Origin: an uncultured Clostridium sp.
GTDB taxonomy: Bacteria; Bacillota; Clostridia; TANB77; CAG-508
DNA length: 64,000 nt
Assembly (NCBI GenBank): GCA_900554175.1
Contig: USGK01000004.1
Span: 1,957 to 65,956, forward strand
Reading direction: 5' to 3'
How positions within the stretch are numbered: the first letter of the stretch is position 1; the number at the start of each line of letters is the position of its first letter. The notes beneath the pieces were generated by a model. That model was not told the origin of the DNA. It did not search any database and worked only from the letters and a program-made list of their open reading frames with translations. The position numbers and the translations under genes were made by a program. Positions 18,541 through 27,588 of the stretch are shown here, one piece after another.

Positions 18541-18599
18541 GGGGATTGGGGAATTTTCCCCATATTGAATTTCGAGCTGAAGAAATTCATTGCTTGCTA
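18541..18599. other. candidate oriT: G-rich palindrome, then a 7-bp-stem hairpin, then ATTGCTTGCTA (repeat copy A)
   Basis: GGGGATTGGGGAATTTTCCCC (18541-18561); gaatttc (18567-73) / gaaattc (18582-88); ATTGCTTGCTA (18589-99). It lies 30 nt upstream of the relaxase start. Related copies are at 61953 and 63713. Confidence 0.5.
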
Positions 18600-18708
18600 A
18601 TTCATAAAATACCCTATTTTTGTACCTCATTATGTTCTTATTACTACATAATAATAAAGCAAAAAGTACCTGAATCATTTACTTAATCCAGGCACTTTTA
18701 ATACATAT

Positions 18709-19014
18709 TTAAATTACATATCGAGTATAAAATCTTCTTTTAAAATTGATTCTTCTTTCTCTTTCACGTTCACTTATTACTCTACATGGTAATGTTTTAT
18801 ACCCTGATAATTTCATTGCAGTGAATCTATTAAAACAGTTATCTAGTATATAATCATCTCCTATTTTAGTAACTATAAATGGAATTATTCTCTCTCTTTT
18901 TTGCAATGATACTTGATAATTTTTCATCATTTCATCATCTAATAATCTAACATCTTTATTAATTATTTTTATTTTTTCTACTGGTATTTCAACCACTTTT
19001 TTATAATCTTTCAT
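18709..19014 (-). CDS. small ParB N-terminal-domain-like protein
   Basis: 101 aa. The pattern VEIPVEKIKI...RERIIPFIVTK...YILDNCFNRFTAMKLSG resembles the ParB/Srx fold. Weak, memory-based. Confidence 0.45.
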   Translation of the reverse strand: MKDYKKVVEIPVEKIKIINKDVRLLDDEMMKNYQVSLQKRERIIPFIVTKIGDDYILDNCFNRFTAMKLSGYKTLPCRVISERERERRINFKRRFYTRYVI

Positions 19015-19096
19015 ACTTTTTATCTTCCTTTCTCTTTACATTTTTTTCATTTTATATTAAAATATATTTACAATTAATTGGGTTAGTATTTTTAGT

Positions 19097-19918
19097 TTAG
19101 CGACTTTTACTAACTCTTTTTTCATTTATAAGTGTTACTCCATAACACATCTGATATAGTTTATTAATTACTGCATCAGCAAGATCTTCATCTTGTCCTT
19201 CTTTAAATCTTTTAGATAAACTATTCTTATCAAATCTAGTAGTAATAACTATTGGTAATCTATTCTCATTTCGATTTTCAATTATAGTATATAATTTTTC
19301 TAATGCCCATTTACTTACTCGTTCTGTTCCAAGATCATCAATTATTATCATGTCAATATTAGAATATAATTCTATTAATTCATTCTCAGATATGGTATTA
19401 TCTGCAAATGTTTCTTTTATTTTATCTAACAAAGTTGTGAGCCTTCCAATAAGAACTATCTGTCCTTTTTCTATAAGTTTATTAGCAATTGCTGCAGCTA
19501 AATGTGTTTTACCAACCCCTGACGTGCCTGTTATTATCAGTCCATTGGTTTGCTTTTTTGCAATACATTTTTCTGTATAATCTTCAATAATCTTTATCGC
19601 TATTTCATTTACTAATTCCTTATTAAAGTTTTCAAAGTTCATATTCTGATAATTCTTCTTCATATAACTATCTTTATATAATTGATTTATTATCTTTCTA
19701 TAATGCTCTCTTTTCATCTTCAAATAATCTTCTTTATCCTTTTTAGCCCAGTATTTTTTAGATTTTTCGCAATCACATCTTTCATATTCGATACAATCAG
19801 GTGAAACATTTTCATAAAGATAATCAAATCCAATTGGTTTTAATTCTCTGTTACAGAATCCACATTTTTTAAATTTTTTGTTGATAACTTTAGTTAAAAC
19901 TATATTCTCTGAAACCAT
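19097..19918 (-). CDS. DnaC/IstB-like AAA+ ATPase (replication helper) with N-terminal Cys cluster
   Basis: Walker A GTSGVGKTHL, Walker B MIIIDDLG, and an N-terminal CGFC...CDC. Confidence 0.85.
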   Translation of the reverse strand: MVSENIVLTKVINKKFKKCGFCNRELKPIGFDYLYENVSPDCIEYERCDCEKSKKYWAKKDKEDYLKMKREHYRKIINQLYKDSYMKKNYQNMNFENFNKELVNEIAIKIIEDYTEKCIAKKQTNGLIITGTSGVGKTHLAAAIANKLIEKGQIVLIGRLTTLLDKIKETFADNTISENELIELYSNIDMIIIDDLGTERVSKWALEKLYTIIENRNENRLPIVITTRFDKNSLSKRFKEGQDEDLADAVINKLYQMCYGVTLINEKRVSKSR

Positions 19919-20420
19919 TTTTGTCCTCCTTTCTTCTATTCTCTTCTTTACTTTCTTCTTTTGTTATCTCTTCTATTTTTTTCTCTTCTTCTGCGTTACC
20001 TAACGTTACTGTAACGTTACTTTTTTCACTTTCAGTCTTTAACTTTTCACGATGTTTTCTTTGTCGTTCTCGACCTTGTTCTCTAATTTTTTCACATTTA
20101 TCAATACTTTGATAAACATTCCAATTCTTAATTAGAAATGTTTCCCCTTCTTTTATAAGCATTTCTAATTCTACAAATTTATTCAAAATTTTTTCTATTT
20201 TTTTATAAGATTTTCCCATAATCTTTGAAAAATTTTGAATTGTCATTGGATTATTTTCTCCAATTTCTAATCTTCCTTCATTATTACATTCAACTGCTAA
20301 TGCAATTAACTGTATCCATACTCTAAAGTATGTATCACCATATGGAAGTTTGAGAATAATTTGTATCTTTCTATTAGAAAAGATATTTGATTCAACTTTG
20401 AACCACTGGATATCATACAT
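19890..20420 (-). CDS. phage/plasmid replisome-organiser-like protein
   Basis: The N-terminus MYDIQWFKVESNIFSNRKIQ is typical of the replisome organiser N-terminal region (memory-based). It overlaps the DnaC-like gene by 29 nt. Confidence 0.55.
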   Translation of the reverse strand: MYDIQWFKVESNIFSNRKIQIILKLPYGDTYFRVWIQLIALAVECNNEGRLEIGENNPMTIQNFSKIMGKSYKKIEKILNKFVELEMLIKEGETFLIKNWNVYQSIDKCEKIREQGRERQRKHREKLKTESEKSNVTVTLGNAEEEKKIEEITKEESKEENRRKEDKNGFREYSFN

Positions 20421-20444
20421 GTCACCTCCCTCCTAACTTTGCTG

Positions 20445-20645
20445 TTAATAATTAACTGAATCTTGCTCTTTTTTATTTAGATATTCGTCTAAGACTTGTA
20501 CTCTAAATAAATACTTGCCACCAACTTTAGAACATGGTATTTGTTTTTGTCTTACTAATTGATTAATTAACCAATATGATATTCCCAAATACTCTGCTGC
20601 TTCTTTCATTGTTAGGGTTGTTCTTTGTACTTTTTGTAGTTCCAT
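20445..20645 (-). CDS. excisionase/MerR-type small HTH protein
   Basis: LTMKEAAEYLGISYWLINQLVRQKQIPCSKVGGKYLF. The start is placed at MELQK because GGAGGTG lies 7 nt upstream; the track ORF extends to 20711. Confidence 0.75.
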   Translation of the reverse strand: MELQKVQRTTLTMKEAAEYLGISYWLINQLVRQKQIPCSKVGGKYLFRVQVLDEYLNKKEQDSVNY

Positions 20646-20678
20646 TGTACTCACCTCCAGTCTTTTTGAAAAATATAG

Positions 20679-20707
20679 TTGACTTTTGTTAACAATTGTA
20701 TTATAAT
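20679..20707 (+). promoter_or_regulatory. sigma-A-like promoter facing the 20799 gene
   Basis: TTGACT (20679-84), 17-nt spacer, TATAAT (20702-07). Confidence 0.55.
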
Positions 20708-20787
20708 ACAAATAGTTAACTTTGAAAAGATATTTTAGTTATATTTGATAACACGTTAACTATTATTTTGAAAATACAGGTGTTAAC
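20688..20787. promoter_or_regulatory. four GTTAAC palindromes in the divergent control region
   Basis: GTTAAC at 20688, 20715, 20755 and 20782, with spacings of 27, 40 and 27 bp. The first lies inside the promoter spacer. Confidence 0.5.
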
Positions 20788-20798
20788 AAGGAGGCTAT

Positions 20799-22139
20799 AT
20801 GTTAAGAGAAAAAATAGATTCAAATCATGCAATTATTCCACCTATTGGTACTATTGATATTAATGAAATCAATTCTAATATATACATTCAGTCAATTACT
20901 GATTCCCATTTTTCATTTATTCATAATTCACTTCTATACACAAATATGAAATATAGAATTAATAATTTAATTTCCTTTTATGAAGACGATTTACAAAAAT
21001 TTCAGGATGACTATATTGAAAAAAATAATATTAAAGATGACATAAATGAAATAGAAAAATTTATGACTATATTTCTGGAAATCTATGATTATAATCAATA
21101 TAAAGATACAAAACTAGAAAAACATAAAAAGTTATTTGATTCTAATAAATTTCCTATGCCTCTTTGTAATTATAAGTCTAGCTTTAAAAAAGAAGGATAT
21201 TTTATGCTTGACTATACCTTAGAAGATATATTTCCTAGTATATGCTCAACAAAAATACTATCCGATTTTTTAAATAATGATTTTTCAAACTTTGATATAT
21301 TTTTTGAATTTTTTACAAAATTTTTTCCCTCTTTTATTGATTTATTTAATAAAACTGATAGAAAAAATTTTAAACAAAATTATTTATACGAATTTAATGC
21401 AATTGTAAATCTTGCCCAAAAATATCAAACACCAATAATAAAAGAGATAACAAAATATCAAATACTTTTTAAAAATTTAATTGATTATACCTATAACTAT
21501 ACTAACGATAATGACATAATATATGAATTTGATCAATACTTTGAGCCTATGAAACGATTTCTAATTTTTAGAAGAATTAATTTTTTAGATTTTAATTATC
21601 TAATTAATAATATTAAAACAACAAATTTATATGATGTTGAACTATATCCAGTTGATACTGAAAAAATATATGATAAAGATGCATTATTAAAAAAATTCAA
21701 TAAAGAATATTGTAAGGTTAATTGGAGTCCTAAAACATATACTAATAATGTTTTTAGCTATTTTTATTATATGATTTATACAATTATTTTTAACGCCTCA
21801 TACACCATTAAAAAATGCAAAAATTGTAACAAATACTTTATTACATATTTTGATAGTAATCAATTATACTGTGAGAATATTTATTCGGGAACACAAACTT
21901 GTAAAGATATTGGCAATCAAATAGCACAACTAAAAAAGCAGAAATACGATTTAGTATATGGTAAATATAGAAAGATATATTCAAAAAAAGCTATGCTCGT
22001 AAAAAGAAATCCTGATATAAAATCATATAAAACGGAATATGAAAAATGGAAAAAAGAAGCTCAAGAATATAGAGATAAACTAAAGAAAGAAGAAATAACA
22101 AATGAAGAATTTGAAAAATGGTTAGATAATAATAAATAA
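20799..22139 (+). CDS. hypothetical protein (446 aa) with C-terminal Cys cluster, of a kind seen beside integrases in Firmicutes elements
   Basis: RBS AAGGAGG upstream. C-terminal KKCKNCNKYF...YCEN...CKD zinc-ribbon-like cluster followed by a Lys-rich tail. Confidence 0.6.
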   Translation: MLREKIDSNHAIIPPIGTIDINEINSNIYIQSITDSHFSFIHNSLLYTNMKYRINNLISFYEDDLQKFQDDYIEKNNIKDDINEIEKFMTIFLEIYDYNQYKDTKLEKHKKLFDSNKFPMPLCNYKSSFKKEGYFMLDYTLEDIFPSICSTKILSDFLNNDFSNFDIFFEFFTKFFPSFIDLFNKTDRKNFKQNYLYEFNAIVNLAQKYQTPIIKEITKYQILFKNLIDYTYNYTNDNDIIYEFDQYFEPMKRFLIFRRINFLDFNYLINNIKTTNLYDVELYPVDTEKIYDKDALLKKFNKEYCKVNWSPKTYTNNVFSYFYYMIYTIIFNASYTIKKCKNCNKYFITYFDSNQLYCENIYSGTQTCKDIGNQIAQLKKQKYDLVYGKYRKIYSKKAMLVKRNPDIKSYKTEYEKWKKEAQEYRDKLKKEEITNEEFEKWLDNNK

Positions 22140-22164
22140 ACTTTTGTACTATAAGGAGGATTTC

Positions 22165-22797
22165 ATGAAGACTAGAAAATTCTTAATAAAAATTATTATA
22201 ACAGCATTAATCGTTCTAATACTTATTGAATTATTACTTAATAAATTAAATCTATTAAATACAACTATTTTTGATATTTTTCAGGATATCTATATAAGTT
22301 TAGGTATAACCTTTTTTATTTATATTGCTGAATATTTAGATCAAAAAAGAAATATTATAAGTAAAATATTTGAAGAAATTTTGCGTATTTATAGAACATT
22401 ATTAATGATAAAAACATCACTAGCTAACCCAAATATTTCTATTGAAAAAGTAAAAAAATCTATTAATGAAGAAATATCACATAGTATAAGTAATTTAAAA
22501 ATTGTCACATCTGACTATAGTACTTTCTTTAATAGTTCAAAATCATTTACTGTACAATTAGTAAATAATATTTCTAAAACACTAATGCAATTTTTTGTTT
22601 CAATAAAAGATACTGATAATAAAGAAAAAATTGATAATTCATTAAATACTGTTGTTTTAAATATAAAAAATGAAGTACTTTCTATAAAACAGTTAAAAGA
22701 ATATATAGATGAAGCAGACGGTATGAATCCTATACTATTTGACATTTATAACAATAAAAAAAATGCAGATGAAATAGCAAATATTTTTGACAATTAA
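22165..22797 (+). CDS. hypothetical membrane-anchored protein
   Basis: Start placed at MKTRKF (TAAGGAGG upstream). N-terminal TM helices, then a helical domain. Confidence 0.5.
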   Translation: MKTRKFLIKIIITALIVLILIELLLNKLNLLNTTIFDIFQDIYISLGITFFIYIAEYLDQKRNIISKIFEEILRIYRTLLMIKTSLANPNISIEKVKKSINEEISHSISNLKIVTSDYSTFFNSSKSFTVQLVNNISKTLMQFFVSIKDTDNKEKIDNSLNTVVLNIKNEVLSIKQLKEYIDEADGMNPILFDIYNNKKNADEIANIFDN

Positions 22798-22855
22798 TTT
22801 AATAATACATTCCCCTCCCACCCATAGGTATGCCTGAAAGGAGGTGAAAAAGGTA

Positions 22856-24046
22856 ATGGCTGGGAGTATTGAAAAAAGAGGAAAGAATAGTTACAGACTA
22901 AGTTGCCTTGCTGGATACAACTTGCAAGGAAAGCCTATTAAGAAAACTAAAACTGTTCATGGTACTAAAAAAGAGGCAGAAATAGAACTTGCTAAATTTG
23001 TTGCAGATGTTCAAAATGGTATGGTTATTGAAGGAAAATCACTTAAATTTTCTGAATTTACTGAAATTTGGAAAAGAGATTATGGTTCAAAAGAACTTGC
23101 ACCTTCAACTTATAAAAGATATTGCAGAATGTTAGAAACAAGACTTCTACCCTACTTTGGACATTTCTATGTAAATAAAATAAAACCAACAGATATTATG
23201 CAATTCTATGATTTACTAAGTAAAGATACTCAATTAATTAGAAAAAAAGATAATGGTGGAAATAAAACTTTAAAACCATTATCAGGAAAGACTATATTAG
23301 AGCATCACAGGCTTTTAAGAGCAATGCTTCATAAAGCTGTTTATTGGCAAGTAATAGTATCTAATCCTGCTGAACGTGTTCAACCGCCTAAAGCTAAAAA
23401 GCCCAAACGAAAATACTATGATGATGATCAATGCAAAATATTGTTAGAAAATTTAGAACAACTTGATGAAGAACAGATTAAATACAAAACAGCAATCATC
23501 TTAACAGTATTTACTGGTGTTAGACTTGGAGAGCTTATGGGACTTGAATGGAACGATATTGATTTTAGAAATGGAATTGTAAGTATCAATCGTTCTAGTC
23601 AATATCTAGCAGACACAGGAGTATTTACTAAAGTACCAAAAACAGAAAGTTCTATTAGAGAAGTCGCAATACCTGATTTTGTCATTTCTCTACTTGAGGA
23701 ATATAAATTATGGTATGAAGAGCAAAAATCGCTTTGTGGCGAATTATGGAATAATTCAAATAGGTTATTTGTTCAAGAAGATGGAAAACCTATGCACCCT
23801 TCTACAATTAGCAAATGGTTTGTAAAATTTATTGGACAAATTGGACTGCCTGTAATTAACTTTCATGGGCTAAGACATACAAATGCTACATTACTTATAG
23901 CACAAAATGTAGATGTAGCAGTAGTAGCAGCAAGGCTTGGACATGCACAAATTACAACAACGCTTAATTTTTATGTACATCCTATTATTGCACATAATAA
24001 AAAAGCAAGTTATGTTTTAGAAAACTTGCTACTACCAAAAAATTAG
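22856..24046 (+). CDS. int: tyrosine site-specific integrase
   Basis: N-terminal SAM-like/phage-integrase layout. The catalytic region has GVRLGEL, HGLRHT and LGH...NFYVH. ATG at 22856 follows GGAGGTG. Confidence 0.9.
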   Translation: MAGSIEKRGKNSYRLSCLAGYNLQGKPIKKTKTVHGTKKEAEIELAKFVADVQNGMVIEGKSLKFSEFTEIWKRDYGSKELAPSTYKRYCRMLETRLLPYFGHFYVNKIKPTDIMQFYDLLSKDTQLIRKKDNGGNKTLKPLSGKTILEHHRLLRAMLHKAVYWQVIVSNPAERVQPPKAKKPKRKYYDDDQCKILLENLEQLDEEQIKYKTAIILTVFTGVRLGELMGLEWNDIDFRNGIVSINRSSQYLADTGVFTKVPKTESSIREVAIPDFVISLLEEYKLWYEEQKSLCGELWNNSNRLFVQEDGKPMHPSTISKWFVKFIGQIGLPVINFHGLRHTNATLLIAQNVDVAVVAARLGHAQITTTLNFYVHPIIAHNKKASYVLENLLLPKN

Positions 24047-24293
24047 TCTAAAACTTTTTTCACTAAAGTCATTAAACTTTTCACGATAAAAAAAGTAAAA
24101 GACTACTAAATATTATTTTAGGTTTCCCATAGTCTTTTACTGAAATTTTATTAGAAATATCAACAGTTTGTGAGAATTATTTCCCCAACTTTTCCCCAAT
24201 TTGACATAATAGTGCCTATTTTTAGCGTTATTGTAAACTAATTGGAGAGTAACAAAAATCGCTATAACCTTTACGATTACAGCGATTGCTAAT

Positions 24294-24343
24294 TGGTTGC
24301 GGGGGTAAGACTCGAACTTACGACCTTCGGGTTATGAGCCCCC
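24294..24343 (-). pseudogene. 3' fragment (~50 nt) of a tRNA-Met(CAU)-type gene, probable att core
   Basis: The rc reads GGGCTCATAACCCGAAGGTCGTAAGTTCGAGTCTTACCCCCGCAACCA. This gives the anticodon loop CTCATAA with three G-C pairs, a T arm and an acceptor 3' strand plus CCA. The sequence to the right (24344-24375) cannot form the D arm or the 5' acceptor strand. Confidence 0.7.
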
Positions 24344-24377
24344 AAAAGATCTCAAAAATATTAAAAACCTCTTCTTA

Positions 24378-24875
24378 CTATCTCTCGCCATCATCCACAT
24401 CTTTTACTAATGCAGTTTTCATATTATTTCTTTTTCCTCCATATATATCATCGAATAAACTATCTCCAATAGTTAATACATTTTCGGGATTCAAATTCAT
24501 CTTTTCACATGCTTTTAAAAAATTTTTCTTTAATGGTTTGTGAGCAAAACATATATAATCTATACCTTCTTCTTGAAAATACTGTTCAACCTTTTGATCT
24601 TTCCCATTACTAACAATTATAATTTTCATCTTGTCTCTTAAACCTTTTATCCATTCTTTATTGCATTTTGGAATATCTTTCATTTCTTTTCTTAAAGTTT
24701 CATCTACATCTAAAATTACCCCTTCAATTCCATATTCTTTTTTTAATTTATCAATTACCTCTAAATCTAGTTCATTTACTTTATTTAAGGTAATATCAGG
24801 CTTTATCACTTTTGATAATACATAATGTAATAAGTCTAATATTTTCTCTTCAATCAGTTTATCTAATGTTTTCAT
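24378..24875 (-). CDS. HAD-IIIA phosphatase, YqeG-like
   Basis: DxDxT motif in VILDVDETL. Size and layout fit the YqeG family. Confidence 0.7.
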   Translation of the reverse strand: MKTLDKLIEEKILDLLHYVLSKVIKPDITLNKVNELDLEVIDKLKKEYGIEGVILDVDETLRKEMKDIPKCNKEWIKGLRDKMKIIIVSNGKDQKVEQYFQEEGIDYICFAHKPLKKNFLKACEKMNLNPENVLTIGDSLFDDIYGGKRNNMKTALVKDVDDGER

Positions 24876-24951
24876 TATCTCTCCATTCTATATAAACTAT
24901 ATCTATCTTACCTTATTATATTTTCTAGCTTTTTACACTTTCTGAAGGTAT

Positions 24952-25533
24952 TTATCTGATTTTCTTTGCGATTATATTAAATATATGCCAATGCTTCATT
25001 TTACCTAAACCTGTAAAATCATCTTTTTCTACTTCTTTAAACTCTATAATTTCAAAATCTTTAAATAACTCTATTACTTGTTCTTTAGATAAAAACACCA
25101 TTTCTTTTCTAATTTCATTCCAACTATCATTCACTCCAAAAAAATTTCCCACAAAATATCCTTTATATGATATGCTTTTTTTTATTTTATCCCATAATTC
25201 TTCAAATTTATTTTTATTGCAGAATGGTAAGCAATTATTAGCTACAATTAAATTATTTTTTTCTAATTCAAGACTTTCAAAATCCTGTTTACGAAACTTA
25301 AATCTTTCTATTTCTTCATTATTCAATCTTTTAGCTATTCTCTCACCTACATCTTCTCTATCAATCGCAATAATATTCCATCCATTCTTTATTAAATATA
25401 CTGTGTCTCTTCCTGCACCACATCCCAGTTCAATTCCATTTCCTACCGTAGTATTTAACTCTATAAATCTTTTTACTGTTTTATTTGGCATTGCATCTTC
25501 TGTATTATCATAAAATTTTTCAATATTCCCCAT
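24952..25533 (-). CDS. class I SAM-dependent methyltransferase
   Basis: Motif I ELGCGAGRD. 193 aa. Confidence 0.75.
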   Translation of the reverse strand: MGNIEKFYDNTEDAMPNKTVKRFIELNTTVGNGIELGCGAGRDTVYLIKNGWNIIAIDREDVGERIAKRLNNEEIERFKFRKQDFESLELEKNNLIVANNCLPFCNKNKFEELWDKIKKSISYKGYFVGNFFGVNDSWNEIRKEMVFLSKEQVIELFKDFEIIEFKEVEKDDFTGLGKMKHWHIFNIIAKKIR

Positions 25534-25676
25534 TTTTTCCCCCTATAACCTATTAAATTTCAATTTTTATAGTAATTCTTTATTATTAAACCTTACTGAA
25601 TGTCTTATAAAATATTCTGTTGTTTTCATAACATTTTCTTTACTCATATTTTATATAATTCTATTCTATATTCAAT

Positions 25677-26150
25677 TTATCTTAAATCATTATTTATTTT
25701 ATGTATTGGAAATCTACGCTCTTTTAAAACATCCTTTATTGCCTCAGGTAACAATTTATATTCATCTATTCTATTTAAATCAATCCATTCATATTGTAAA
25801 TAATCTTTTCCTTCAATATTTTTCATTGTATATTCTATATTTTTATCTTCTGCCTTTGTAAATTCTATTTTATGTACAAATAATATCTCGTGATACTTTG
25901 AACCTTCCATCTCAAAAAAGTTTTCAATTGTTGCTATATATCCTGTTATTTCAATATTTTTCCCAAGTTCTTCTCTAATTTCTCTTTCCACAGTATCAGC
26001 AGAGTTTTCGCCTATCTTAACTCTTCCTCCTATTAAAGCATAGTAATCAGAATTAACATCTTTATGTAGTAAAATTTTACCACTATGAATCATTATTCCT
26101 GCGGCTCTTACATTTAACTTATAATCATCAACATCAATTGTTATATCCAC
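25677..26150 (-). CDS. NUDIX hydrolase
   Basis: Nudix box GGRVKIGENSADTVEREIREELG. Confidence 0.85.
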   Translation of the reverse strand: MDITIDVDDYKLNVRAAGIMIHSGKILLHKDVNSDYYALIGGRVKIGENSADTVEREIREELGKNIEITGYIATIENFFEMEGSKYHEILFVHKIEFTKAEDKNIEYTMKNIEGKDYLQYEWIDLNRIDEYKLLPEAIKDVLKERRFPIHKINNDLR

Positions 26151-26200
26151 TTTTTTCTCCCTTCAAACTTTCCACAATTAGACCACTTAATGTGTATTAT

Positions 26201-26776
26201 TTAAATATATTCCTTCAAAACATCATAGACTTTTTGAGTTGGAAGTCCCACAATACTAGTATAATTTCCATCTATTTTATCAATAAATACACAAAATTCG
26301 TTTTGTATTCCATATGCTCCTGCTTTATCCATGGCTTTACCTGAATCTATCCATTTTTCTATTTCTTTATCCGAAATATCTTTTAGAAAGACTTTTACTT
26401 CATCGTATGTATTATATTCTTTGTATTTTCCATTTTTTTCAATTAGAATACTAAGTCCTGTTATTACACAATGAATTTTATCTCCTTCAATTAACTCTTT
26501 TATCATTTTTTTTGCATCTTCTTTATCTTTGGGCTTTCCATATATTTTCATATTTTTGGTTACAATTGTATCTGAGCCAATTATTATTCTGTCCCCTGTT
26601 GTTCTATCAAAAACATCTTTTGCCTTTATATATGCTAATCTCATTGTTTGTTCTTGAGGCTCTAATCCTTCCTTTAAATTCTCTTCAACTCCACTTACTA
26701 TAACTTCAAAATTTTGAGTTATTAATCCTAATAACTCCTTTCTTCTTGGTGATGCAGATGCTAAGATAATTTTCAT
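26201..26776 (-). CDS. maf: Maf-like nucleoside triphosphate pyrophosphatase
   Basis: MKIILASASPRRKELL... and GAYGIQ motifs. 191 aa. Confidence 0.9.
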   Translation of the reverse strand: MKIILASASPRRKELLGLITQNFEVIVSGVEENLKEGLEPQEQTMRLAYIKAKDVFDRTTGDRIIIGSDTIVTKNMKIYGKPKDKEDAKKMIKELIEGDKIHCVITGLSILIEKNGKYKEYNTYDEVKVFLKDISDKEIEKWIDSGKAMDKAGAYGIQNEFCVFIDKIDGNYTSIVGLPTQKVYDVLKEYI

Positions 26777-26955
26777 ACTTTTTTCTCCCTTCCAATTTTT
26801 TACAATTATATAAAAAAAATGAAATTACTTCAACTATTTTTTTAATTTTATGTTATAATAACCATAAATTCAATTTTATTTTACACAATAAACTACTATA
26901 GAAAATAAAAAATAATGAGAAATTTATTACTATATATAGTTTGGAGGTTTTTTTA

Positions 26956-27523
26956 ATGTATAATCGCATATCCATAATTGGAGGCTCTGGCACCGGAAAA
27001 AGCACGCTTACAGATATTTTATCTAAAGAACTAAATATTCCTGCAATTCATATTGATGCTATTAACTATGAACCAAATTGGAAAAAAATTGATAAAATTG
27101 AAAGAGACAAAATCATTTTGTCAAAAATTAATGAAAAAAAAATGGATTATTGATGGAAATTATACTAAAACACTTCAAGCTAGGCTTAATAAATCAGATT
27201 TAATAATTTGGCTTGACTATTCTACCTCTGCACAATTAAAAGGTGTTTTTAAAAGATATTTGACTATGTATAAAAAAGAACGACCAGAAATTCCTGGCTG
27301 TAAAGAACGCTTTAATATAGAATTTATTAAAAACGTAGCTAGCCATAACAAAGAGAAAAGACCCATTCTTAAAAGTATATTAAAAAACATTTCTGAAGAA
27401 AAAATCCTAATCTTTAAAAAACAGAAAGATCTAAATAATTGGCTTATAGAATTCACACATAATGATACTATATTATCTGATATTAAAAATAAAAGGCCTT
27501 TTCATAATATAAATAATATTTAA
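26956..27523 (+). pseudogene. P-loop NMP-kinase-like protein (topology-modulation / adenylate-kinase-like), frame broken in an A9 run
   Basis: GGAGG lies 8 nt before the ATG at 26956. Walker A GGSGTGKST. The zero frame stops at 27151-27153. Homology continues in the +1 frame as WIIDGNY from 27143, straight after A9 (27134-27142). Confidence 0.6.
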
Positions 27524-27588
27524 CAATTTTCTTTCCATTTTATGTTATAATAACTTAAAACCTAAAATTTTTTAAGAGGTGAACTGTG

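Noticed and set aside
24294-24375. A complete tRNA-Met gene next to the integrase.
   Set aside because: Only the anticodon loop, T arm and 3' acceptor strand are present. The 30 nt where the D arm and 5' acceptor should lie cannot pair with CCCCGCA.
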